Below are positions 1 through 6,903 of a stretch of 16,821 nucleotides of DNA, piece by piece (the first letter of the stretch is position 1; each line of letters begins with the position of its first letter). The position numbers were made by a program, and so were the translations under genes. The DNA comes from Candidatus Zhuqueibacterota bacterium (GTDB lineage Bacteria > Zhuqueibacterota > Zhuqueibacteria > Thermofontimicrobiales > Thermofontimicrobiaceae). Location of the stretch: assembly GCA_049322915.1 (NCBI GenBank), contig JBMOPW010000015.1, positions 1 through 16,821 on the forward strand, written 5' to 3'. The notes under the pieces are model-generated. The model made no database searches and was not told where the DNA came from. It saw only the letters and a list, made by a program, of their open reading frames with translations.

Positions 1-721
1 ACCACGTCTCGATGGTGTAGGAACCTTCCAGCCCGGAGAACTGGTGGTTGGTGTTGATGTCGCCATCAAACCAGTACACATAGCTGTTGCCATTGAACTG
101 GGCGCAGCGGCCCAGATTCGGCGTCAGGATCACTTTGGTCTTGAACACCGGATTGCCCGACGGCGTCTCCACATGGCCAGTCACGATCCCATTGGGATTC
201 AGAAATCCAATGTCATTATCCAGATGACTCACGCCCATGTCGTTTTTCACTGTAACGCCATAGGTGTAACTCATGCCCGGAAAAACATTGAAATCCTGAT
301 AATCTGCTTGTGAAATGGGCAATGTGACGAGCGTTTGCTTATTGCGATAGACAATGACCTGATCGCCAGTCACCGGCGGCCCGGTGCGGTCGCCTTCAAT
401 ATGCCATTGCAAATACACCTTATCCTGGTAATCACCATCAGATGCAAATACTAATGGTGCTGCCGGTTCTTTGAGATAATGACTCCAGAAACCGGTAGCC
501 ATACTGTTCTCGGCGTAGTTCGTCGTATTATACACCACGGCGGGCTGCCCGACTGTGACAATCATGTTATAAAGAGTGCTTCTCGTCTGTCCTGTTGGCG
601 TATTGGTTAAGTGGACTTTATCTGTTTTATAGATAGGCTCGCAGAGTTGTGCATTCACGAACGATGGGGACAACCACACAACTGACAGGATAAGCAGCCA
701 TATTCGTATTATTGATTTCAT
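1..721 (-). CDS. Large secreted protein, 5' part only (runs off the window): signal peptide, N-terminal 'TVGQP...GFW' segment, FN3-like region, start of a LamG/concanavalin-like domain
   Basis: Not in the ORF track. Manual translation from ATG at 721 (RBS AAGGAG upstream) is open to the window edge for 240 codons: MKSIIRIWLLILSVVWLSPSFVNA|QLCEP...YNMIVTVGQPAVV...ATGFWSHY...ASDGDYQDKVYLQW...VYRN...YQDFNVFPGMSYTYGVTV...GRCAQFNGNSYV...SYTIETW. 'FNG.SYV...YTIETW' is the typical start of a LamG domain. Domain names are by motif recognition only. Confidence 0.85.
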   Translation of the reverse strand, partial: MKSIIRIWLLILSVVWLSPSFVNAQLCEPIYKTDKVHLTNTPTGQTRSTLYNMIVTVGQPAVVYNTTNYAENSMATGFWSHYLKEPAAPLVFASDGDYQDKVYLQWHIEGDRTGPPVTGDQVIVYRNKQTLVTLPISQADYQDFNVFPGMSYTYGVTVKNDMGVSHLDNDIGFLNPNGIVTGHVETPSGNPVFKTKVILTPNLGRCAQFNGNSYVYWFDGDINTNHQFSGLEGSYTIETW

Positions 722-754
722 AATCTTCTCCTTCGTTTTAGCACCTATCCTGTG

Positions 755-2494
755 TTAATATTTTATTATATAATTCAACACAATGTATGGCTGTAACATA
801 TTCATTGCTGTTCCGCTACCAGCGCTGCTGGAAGTTGTAGACGGAAGGTTGATAGTATGGGTGTGGGATCCGTCTGAACTGGTGGTTTTGGTTTTTTGAT
901 TACTCGATGTGGTAGTATATTCGTCATGACTACCACCTGAACCGCTATCATCACCTTCAGTTCCCAGACTCAAGGTATGTGTATGAGATCCTGTGGATGT
1001 GGTTGTATATGAATCAGGATCAACTGTGTGTGTATGTGCCGGCATTTCAGCAACTGTAATTGCATGTGTTTTTTCACCGCCTTTTTCATTTAATACATTA
1101 AACGAAGCGTCTCCGGCATCCCTTCCCACCGGCACTCTGCCTTTTAAGTTTGGCAGTGCGAAGCTCGAAGCAGTACCGCCATAGGTTGTCCCAATGACGG
1201 CATATAGATCGGCGTAGGTGGTGGAACTCACAGTGGCGCCATCGCAGATGAGCCAGCCGGCCGGCGCAGTGCTTCCGGAATACATGGCGATGGTGCCCAC
1301 CGGCGCCAGATACCCGGTCGCATCCTTTATTCTGCCAGAAGCAGTTATATTCGCAGCAGAAATGTCGGTCACTTTAATATTGCCATTGACATCCAGCTTT
1401 GCAGTGGGAGTCGTTGTGCCGACGCCCACATTGCTTTCTGTATCAACTGTGATCACCGGAGAATTTGCCTGCACCACCTGAACCGCTTGATCCGTGACAG
1501 TTCCAAGATAAAATGCATTATCTTTGGAGCCTGTGAAAATCTGGCCGGCATCTCCAACCAACCCAATCCGCGCATACAACGTGCCGAGGTCCTGATAGAA
1601 TCCGATGCTCGGATTATCATTCTCATTGTTATTGTCCGCGTCCGCTTCGATTCGCACTTCGGCATCAGTGGTCGTGGAACTGACGTGAAGCAGCGCGTCG
1701 GTTTTGGGCCCGATGCCAACATTGCCATTATTGGCGACCGTCATGACCGTTGCAGCGCCGCTTACCACCTGCACCGAACCGGAGCCATTATCATCGGCGT
1801 CGGTCGTGATGAGCACATTGCCATTATTGGTCAATGAAGACGCTGAGCCGCCAAAATAGGCGCTGGAGAGCGCAGAACCATCGCTGAACATGATGGAGCC
1901 GTTGCGCATCTTCAGATTGCCGATGATGTCCAGCGCCTGCTCCGGGGTGACATTCAGTCCGATTTTACCGCTGGCGTCCACGGTCATTGCGCCGCCGCCG
2001 GCCGCTGAGCTCTCGATCTTCAACAGATTATCCGCGGCGTTCTGCGTCTTGATGTGCAGCCCGGCTCCGGGACTAACAACGCCCACGCCCACATTGCCGC
2101 TTGATGGGAATGTATTTTTCACCCCAAAAACTCCATACGAGCTGGGGGAGTTGGTCATTTTAATCCGCGGTTCCAGTTCCTGGCCGCCTTCCACCGATAT
2201 TCCAATATAATACTGGGCGCTGAACGTCAGATTTGCCATCGATGTCGTCTTGCCCAATTCCACAGAAAAAACGCCATGTTTGACAATGACGCTGCCCTGG
2301 GTCTCAGTCCATAATGCTGTTCCGCCTGTTTCAGCGTTGTAAATGCGGAATGTGAGGCTATAAGCGCCGTCTTCGACTGTTCTTCCTAATGGATCCCGCA
2401 ATACTCCCTGAATGGAAAGAGTTTGCGCGATAGCCGTCTGACCAATCGTACAAGCCATGATGCAGACAATGAATGCTGAGATGATTCGCTTCAT
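755..2494 (-). CDS. Secreted tail-fibre-like protein with phage tail-collar domain and HxH needle tip (paralogue 1, 579 aa)
   Basis: Signal peptide MKRIISAFIVCIMACTIGQTAIA|Q; RBS AAGGAG. N-domain QGVLRD..G...TFRIY...GG..LWTE....V..GVFSVELG; GNVG(I/V)G shaft repeats; collar motif PVGTIAMYSGSTAPAGWLICDG...YADLYAVIGTTYGG...FALPNLKGRVPVG; three HTH motifs; ends QPYIVLNYIIKY. Confidence 0.9.
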   Translation of the reverse strand: MKRIISAFIVCIMACTIGQTAIAQTLSIQGVLRDPLGRTVEDGAYSLTFRIYNAETGGTALWTETQGSVIVKHGVFSVELGKTTSMANLTFSAQYYIGISVEGGQELEPRIKMTNSPSSYGVFGVKNTFPSSGNVGVGVVSPGAGLHIKTQNAADNLLKIESSAAGGGAMTVDASGKIGLNVTPEQALDIIGNLKMRNGSIMFSDGSALSSAYFGGSASSLTNNGNVLITTDADDNGSGSVQVVSGAATVMTVANNGNVGIGPKTDALLHVSSTTTDAEVRIEADADNNNENDNPSIGFYQDLGTLYARIGLVGDAGQIFTGSKDNAFYLGTVTDQAVQVVQANSPVITVDTESNVGVGTTTPTAKLDVNGNIKVTDISAANITASGRIKDATGYLAPVGTIAMYSGSTAPAGWLICDGATVSSTTYADLYAVIGTTYGGTASSFALPNLKGRVPVGRDAGDASFNVLNEKGGEKTHAITVAEMPAHTHTVDPDSYTTTSTGSHTHTLSLGTEGDDSGSGGSHDEYTTTSSNQKTKTTSSDGSHTHTINLPSTTSSSAGSGTAMNMLQPYIVLNYIIKY

Positions 2495-2506
2495 ACTTGA
2501 CTCCTT
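1741..2506. repeat. Direct repeat copy 1 (5' ~250 codons plus RBS of fibre gene 1)
   Basis: Aligns without gaps to 3581-4346 (offset 1840); manual count is about 56 mismatches in 766 bp (~93% identity). Confidence 0.95.
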
Positions 2507-2681
2507 TATAACCCGAAAGCAAAAAAAATTACCTGCAAAATCTGAATTAACTGTTTAGTCGTTTGTAGCATACTGAGACCGCCAACAATCGTTCGGGATA
2601 TTTATCCCACATGGTGTATACAAATCCAGCGCGATCAGTTCTTTTCCAGCGCATTTTCCTGGCGCATGCGATTTATCCTGT

Positions 2682-4334
2682 TTAATATTTGATAATATAA
2701 TTCAAAACAATATATGGCTGTAAATTATTGTGAGCAGCGCCGCCTCCCGTATTGTTGGCCCAGAACCCGCCAATATCAACGTAGTGCTCATGGTCGCCGT
2801 TAGTACTGGTGGATGGATCATTACTCGCCCACGTATTACTCCAATAATTCCTGCCGTAATCAGACCAACCATCCGGATTGCCATACATATTGACCGATAT
2901 TGTATGCGAATGCGCTCCGGTTCTATTCGTATAAGTAGCAGGCGGATCCACAACGTGACTGTGCGCAGGAATTTCATCCGTTGTTAAGGTATGTGTTTTT
3001 GCACCACCCTGTTTATTTAGTACATCAAACGAAGCGTCCCAGGCATCCCTTCCAACCGGCACTTTGCCTTTTAAATTTGGAAGGTTAAAGTATATTGAAT
3101 ACCCTCCGTACGTGGTTCCGATGACGCTGTAAAGATCAGGGTAAGTCGCCAGACTGACAAGCGATCCATCGCAGATGAGCCAGCCCTCCGGCGGCGTGGA
3201 ACCGGCAAATATGGTAATGGAGCCCACCGGCGCTAAAAAACCTGTTTTGTCTTTCACTCTACCTCCGACAACAACATCTGGCTCTGTAGCATCAATGCCC
3301 GCTTGTGAGTCTTTAAAATAAAACGTGTTAGCTTTATATCCAATAAAGTCTTCGCTGAAACCTGTATGCCCAAAAGAAATATAATTTCCGGGTGATCCAA
3401 CATATTCTGTATTCGGCTCAAACGCGAAAGGTAATTTGATACCCGCCGCTGCTAATGTTCCGGCTGAGCTAACATTACCGCTGGATGATATGCTTCCAGC
3501 TGCTAATGTTCCTACTGTGCTAATATTGCCGCTGGATGAAATGCTTCCAGTTGTGCTGATATTTCCATCATTCGCGACCGTCATGACCGTCGCAGCGCCG
3601 CTCACCACCTGCACCGAACCGGAGCCATTATCATCGGCGTCCGTCGTGATGATCACATTGCCATTATTGGTCAGGGACGACGCCGAGCCGCCAAAATAGG
3701 CGCTGGAGAGCGAGGAGCCATCGCTGAACAGAATGGAGCCATTGCGCATTTTCAGATTACCGTCAATATCCAGCGCCTGTTCCGGAATGACATTCAGTCC
3801 GATTTTGCCGCTGGCGTCCACGGTCATTGCGCCGCCGCCGGCCGCTGAGCTCTCGATCTTCAACAGATTATCCGCGGTGTTCTGCGTTTTGATATGCAGC
3901 CCGGCAGCCGGGCTGGCAACGCCAACGCCCACATTCCCGCTTGATGGGAATGTATTTTTCACCCCAAAAACTCCATACGAGCTGGGGGAGTTGGTCATTT
4001 TAATCCGCGGTTCAAGTTCCTGGCCGCCTTCCACCGATATTCCAATATAATACTGGGTGCTGAACGTCAGATTTGCCATCGATGTCGTCTTCCCCAATTC
4101 CACAGAAAAAACGCCATGTTTGACATCGACGCTGCCCAGGGTCTCGGTCCATAATGCTGTTCCGCCTGTCTCGGCGCTGTAAATGCGGAAAGTGAGGCCA
4201 TAGGCGCCGTCTTCGACTGTTCTTCCTAATGGATCCCGCAATACTCCCTGAATGGAGAAGGTTTGCGCGATAGCCGTCTGACCAATCATACAAACAATGA
4301 TGCAGACAATGAATGATGAGATGATTCGCTTCAT
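2682..4334 (-). CDS. Secreted tail-fibre-like protein with phage tail-collar domain and HxH needle tip (paralogue 2, 550 aa)
   Basis: Start reassigned from 4406 to ATG at 4334 (MKRIISS...), because it has the same RBS (AAGGAGTCAAG) and signal peptide as paralogue 1. Collar motif PVGSITIFAGSTPPEGWLICDG...FNLPNLKGKVPVG; HSH/HSH/HEH motifs; same C-terminus QPYIVLNYIIKY. Confidence 0.9.
   Translation of the reverse strand: MKRIISSFIVCIIVCMIGQTAIAQTFSIQGVLRDPLGRTVEDGAYGLTFRIYSAETGGTALWTETLGSVDVKHGVFSVELGKTTSMANLTFSTQYYIGISVEGGQELEPRIKMTNSPSSYGVFGVKNTFPSSGNVGVGVASPAAGLHIKTQNTADNLLKIESSAAGGGAMTVDASGKIGLNVIPEQALDIDGNLKMRNGSILFSDGSSLSSAYFGGSASSLTNNGNVIITTDADDNGSGSVQVVSGAATVMTVANDGNISTTGSISSSGNISTVGTLAAGSISSSGNVSSAGTLAAAGIKLPFAFEPNTEYVGSPGNYISFGHTGFSEDFIGYKANTFYFKDSQAGIDATEPDVVVGGRVKDKTGFLAPVGSITIFAGSTPPEGWLICDGSLVSLATYPDLYSVIGTTYGGYSIYFNLPNLKGKVPVGRDAWDASFDVLNKQGGAKTHTLTTDEIPAHSHVVDPPATYTNRTGAHSHTISVNMYGNPDGWSDYGRNYWSNTWASNDPSTSTNGDHEHYVDIGGFWANNTGGGAAHNNLQPYIVLNYIIKY
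3448..3549. repeat. Intragenic 51-bp (17-aa) tandem duplication in fibre gene 2
   Basis: Two units beginning gctgctaatgttcc at 3448 and 3499, encoding GSISSSGNISTVGTLAA / GSISSSGNVSSAGTLAA. Confidence 0.85.
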
Positions 4335-4346
4335 GCTTGACTCCTT
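3581..4346. repeat. Direct repeat copy 2 (5' ~250 codons plus RBS of fibre gene 2)
   Basis: Aligns without gaps to 1741-2506 at ~93% identity. Confidence 0.95.
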
Positions 4347-4401
4347 ATCATTTTGCTGTAGAGGATTAAATTTACATGCAACAATCTGAACCTTTATCGA
4401 C

Positions 4402-4418
4402 TTCAAATGACATTTGAA
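4402..4418. promoter_or_regulatory. Perfect palindrome, candidate operator upstream of the fibre operon
   Basis: TTCAAATG-A-CATTTGAA, ~70 bp upstream of the ATG at 4334 in the divergent intergenic region. Function is inferred. Confidence 0.4.
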
Positions 4419-4591
4419 TATCAGTGTATCATTTATTTAACTGAATAATCAATTTTTTAAAATTGTCAGGGCAAAACCCTGTCTCTGAGCACTCGTTCGC
4501 CTATGGTTTGAGTTCATATCCGGGGCATGGCAGCCGGCATTGTTGGGGCTGAAACAGCGCTTGCAGCGAACAGGTTGTTTTTTAAAATCGC

Positions 4592-4620
4592 TTGACTTTT
4601 GAAATTAATCTTATTAGTTT
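4592..4620 (+). promoter_or_regulatory. Candidate sigma70-type promoter for the methyltransferase
   Basis: TTGACT (4592-4597), 17-bp spacer, TAGTTT (4615-4620), in AT-rich DNA upstream of the gene. Confidence 0.4.
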
Positions 4621-4802
4621 TGCCCTGTCCCTTTTCCAACCATACGCTCTTTCGGTTGCGGCCGTGACCACCGATGAATAATGTCCCGCCCGCTGAACAA
4701 GAAAAATCCGATGGGTATAATAGTTATCAACGGAATATATCGCGGGCTACTACCGCCGCTATTAAAAACCATTCATTTGGGAAAATACTGAAAGCCACTT
4801 CG

Positions 4803-5474
4803 ATGCAAAATCCCTGGCTGAAAATCCCTCTGTCCGACTACGAAGCGCACATGGCGCTGCCAACGGTGGGTCAATTGGAGCTATTGGCCGAGGCGTTCGC
4901 CGCAACGCTGGCCCGGCGCCCCAGCCAATCCGTGGCATTACTTGGTTGCGCCGGCGGCAATGGTCTGGATCGCATTCATCCCAATTCGCTGAAACGGGTG
5001 GTCGGCGTCGACATCAATCCCGACTATGTTTCGCGCGTCAGAGAGCGGTATGGCCGGATTGCGCCATCGCTGGAGCTGTTCGTGGGCGACCTGGAACGGG
5101 ACACATTCGACTTTGCGCCGGTCGACCTGGTGTTCGCTGCATTGATTTTCGAGTATGTGGCCGCTGAACCTGCGCTGGATCGGATTCGGGCCATGCTCAC
5201 AATGGACGGGCTGCTCGTCGTCATCCTGCAACTGCCGTCCTCAGAAAGCGGGCCAGTCACCGCCTCGCCGTATGCCTCGCTGGCGTCGCTCACGCCCTGG
5301 ATGAAACTGGCGCCGCCGGAAGATTTCATCAGACAGGCGAAGGAATCGGGTTTCACGCTGGTCGGTCAGGAAACGCTGCAGGCGCGTGGGGGTAAGAAAT
5401 TTTTAATGATTGAATTTTCAAAAATGCCGGGAATTTACGCGCCGGGCATTTCTGCATTGACGGAAGATAGCTGA
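4803..5474 (+). CDS. Class I SAM-dependent methyltransferase
   Basis: Motif I-like VALLGCAGGNG, acidic residue in VVGVDIN, DLVFAALIFEYV, and GLLVVILQ. The probable start is ATG 4803 (MQNPWLKIPLSDYEAHM); the extension back to 4674 is AT-rich and looks non-coding. Confidence 0.8.
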   Translation: MQNPWLKIPLSDYEAHMALPTVGQLELLAEAFAATLARRPSQSVALLGCAGGNGLDRIHPNSLKRVVGVDINPDYVSRVRERYGRIAPSLELFVGDLERDTFDFAPVDLVFAALIFEYVAAEPALDRIRAMLTMDGLLVVILQLPSSESGPVTASPYASLASLTPWMKLAPPEDFIRQAKESGFTLVGQETLQARGGKKFLMIEFSKMPGIYAPGISALTEDS

Positions 5475-5708
5475 CAGAAAAAATGTCACTATTATTCAGA
5501 TAATGCATAAGCCACAATGACGCTAAGACTCAAAGAAAGAATTATTAGAATACTCGAAATAACTCAGCTCACGTATTCCGGAAGCCGCTGGTTAGCTGGC
5601 GGGTTGATTTTTGAACACCACAAGACATCGTGGCGTCGGTACAATGTTGAACCAGCGCCAGCTTCAGTTTCTGCGACTAAGATTTTGACAAAAATCCGGT
5701 TTCCCGAT

Positions 5709-5737
5709 TTGACAAATTTTGCTCACATCTTTATTTT
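5709..5737 (+). promoter_or_regulatory. Candidate sigma70-type promoter for the nucleoside hydrolase
   Basis: TTGACA (5709-5714), 17-bp spacer, TATTTT (5732-5737). Confidence 0.4.
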
Positions 5738-5840
5738 TAATATGTCATAGCATGTTTGAATCAAGCCACTGAACGTCTTCGTGACCTGGTGTCAATTCTT
5801 CAAATTTCATTAGCGTTATCCGTGTTACAAAAATTTAGCA

Positions 5841-5862
5841 AAAATCGCTCAAAAGCGATTTT
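5841..5862. promoter_or_regulatory. Inverted repeat in the leader of the nucleoside hydrolase (operator or hairpin)
   Basis: AAAATCGCT-CAAA-AGCGATTTT, perfect 9-bp arms. Confidence 0.35.
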
Positions 5863-5899
5863 CGGGAAAGAACTGTTTACTGATGACTGAGGAGAAAAA

Positions 5900-6826
5900 T
5901 TGAACCGACCCCAACTGACGGATGTGTTCCGACTGGAGCGCCTGCTGCCGCGCGCCGGCACAATCGACATGGTGCTGGATACGGACACGTACAATGAAAT
6001 TGACGACCAGTTCGCTGTTGTTTACAGCCTTGTTTCGCCGGAACGGCTCAATGTGCGCGCGCTGTACGCAGCGCCATTTTACAATGAGCGATCCGAAAGT
6101 CCCGGCGACGGCATGGAACGCAGCTATGAAGAAATCATCAGGCTCCTGTCGCGGATGAATGTCGCGACTGATCATTTTGTGTTTCGCGGGGCCACGGCGT
6201 ACCTGCCGGACGCGGCAACGCCTGTGGTCAGCGACGCCGCCGCACATTTGATTCAAACAGCGCTGGCCCAAACCGAAGCGCCGCTCTATGTGGCGGCCAT
6301 TGGCGCGATCACCAATGTGGCCTCGGCGATACTGATGGAGCCGAAAATCATCGAGAAAATAATCGTCGTCTGGCTGGGCGGGCATGCCTACTTTCGACCC
6401 CATACCGCGGAATTCAATTTAATCCAGGATATCCACGCCGCCCGCCTCATCTTCGACTGCGGCGTGCCGCTGGTGCACATCCCCTGCCACGGCGTCGCCT
6501 CTCATTTGATCACAACGGCCTCGGAAATTGAATCCTTTGTGCGCGGCTGCGGCCCCATCGGCGATTATTTAGCCGACATTTTTCAGGACTTTCATACCGA
6601 TCATTTTGGGGTTTCCAAAGTATTGTGGGACATCGCGACCATAGCCTGGCTCATCAATCCCGAATGGATCGCCACCGATCTGGTGCACAGCCCAATTCTG
6701 ACCGATCAGGCCACGTGGAGTTTCGATACATCCCGGCACCTGATCCGGGCCGCGCACACGGCCTTTCGCGACCCCATCTTCAGGGACTTTTTCACCAAAT
6801 TGAGAACTGTTCACTCCGCCGTTTGA
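5900..6826 (+). CDS. Inosine/uridine-preferring nucleoside hydrolase family protein
   Basis: N-terminal Asp cluster LDTDTYNEIDDQFA, AIGAITNVA, VWLGG, AEFNL..D..AA, LWDIATIAWL. TTG start preceded by GAGGAG. Confidence 0.88.
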   Translation: MNRPQLTDVFRLERLLPRAGTIDMVLDTDTYNEIDDQFAVVYSLVSPERLNVRALYAAPFYNERSESPGDGMERSYEEIIRLLSRMNVATDHFVFRGATAYLPDAATPVVSDAAAHLIQTALAQTEAPLYVAAIGAITNVASAILMEPKIIEKIIVVWLGGHAYFRPHTAEFNLIQDIHAARLIFDCGVPLVHIPCHGVASHLITTASEIESFVRGCGPIGDYLADIFQDFHTDHFGVSKVLWDIATIAWLINPEWIATDLVHSPILTDQATWSFDTSRHLIRAAHTAFRDPIFRDFFTKLRTVHSAV

Positions 6827-6903
6827 GAGCCGTCTTTTTGGGAACACAGCACGATTCAAAAATGGTTTGAACTGAAGATCATTATCAGGAAGAGCGCGTC
6901 GGT

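Noticed and set aside
44..313. 89-aa plus-strand ORF
   Set aside because: Antisense shadow of the real minus-strand gene at 1-721.
755..4334. Prophage, tailocin or shufflon (invertible tail-fibre cassette)
   Set aside because: No other phage genes or recombinase; both copies are complete, in direct orientation, and each has its own RBS and signal peptide.
755..4346. Diversity-generating retroelement (template/variable repeat pair) acting on the fibre genes
   Set aside because: The repeat covers the N-termini rather than the tips, mismatches involve all bases and are largely synonymous rather than adenine-specific, and there is no reverse transcriptase in the window.
4335..4406. 24-aa N-terminal extension of fibre gene 2 in the ORF track
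   Set aside because: The paralogue, RBS and signal peptide all place the start at 4334.
5517..5750. 77-aa ORF between the methyltransferase and the nucleoside hydrolase
   Set aside because: No RBS or recognisable motif, and it overlaps promoter-like elements. A small protein cannot be fully excluded.
6827..6903. Bidirectional terminator between the convergent hydrolase and GT genes
   Set aside because: Only a weak AT-rich TTCAAA/TTTGAA pairing and no GC-rich stem with a U tract.
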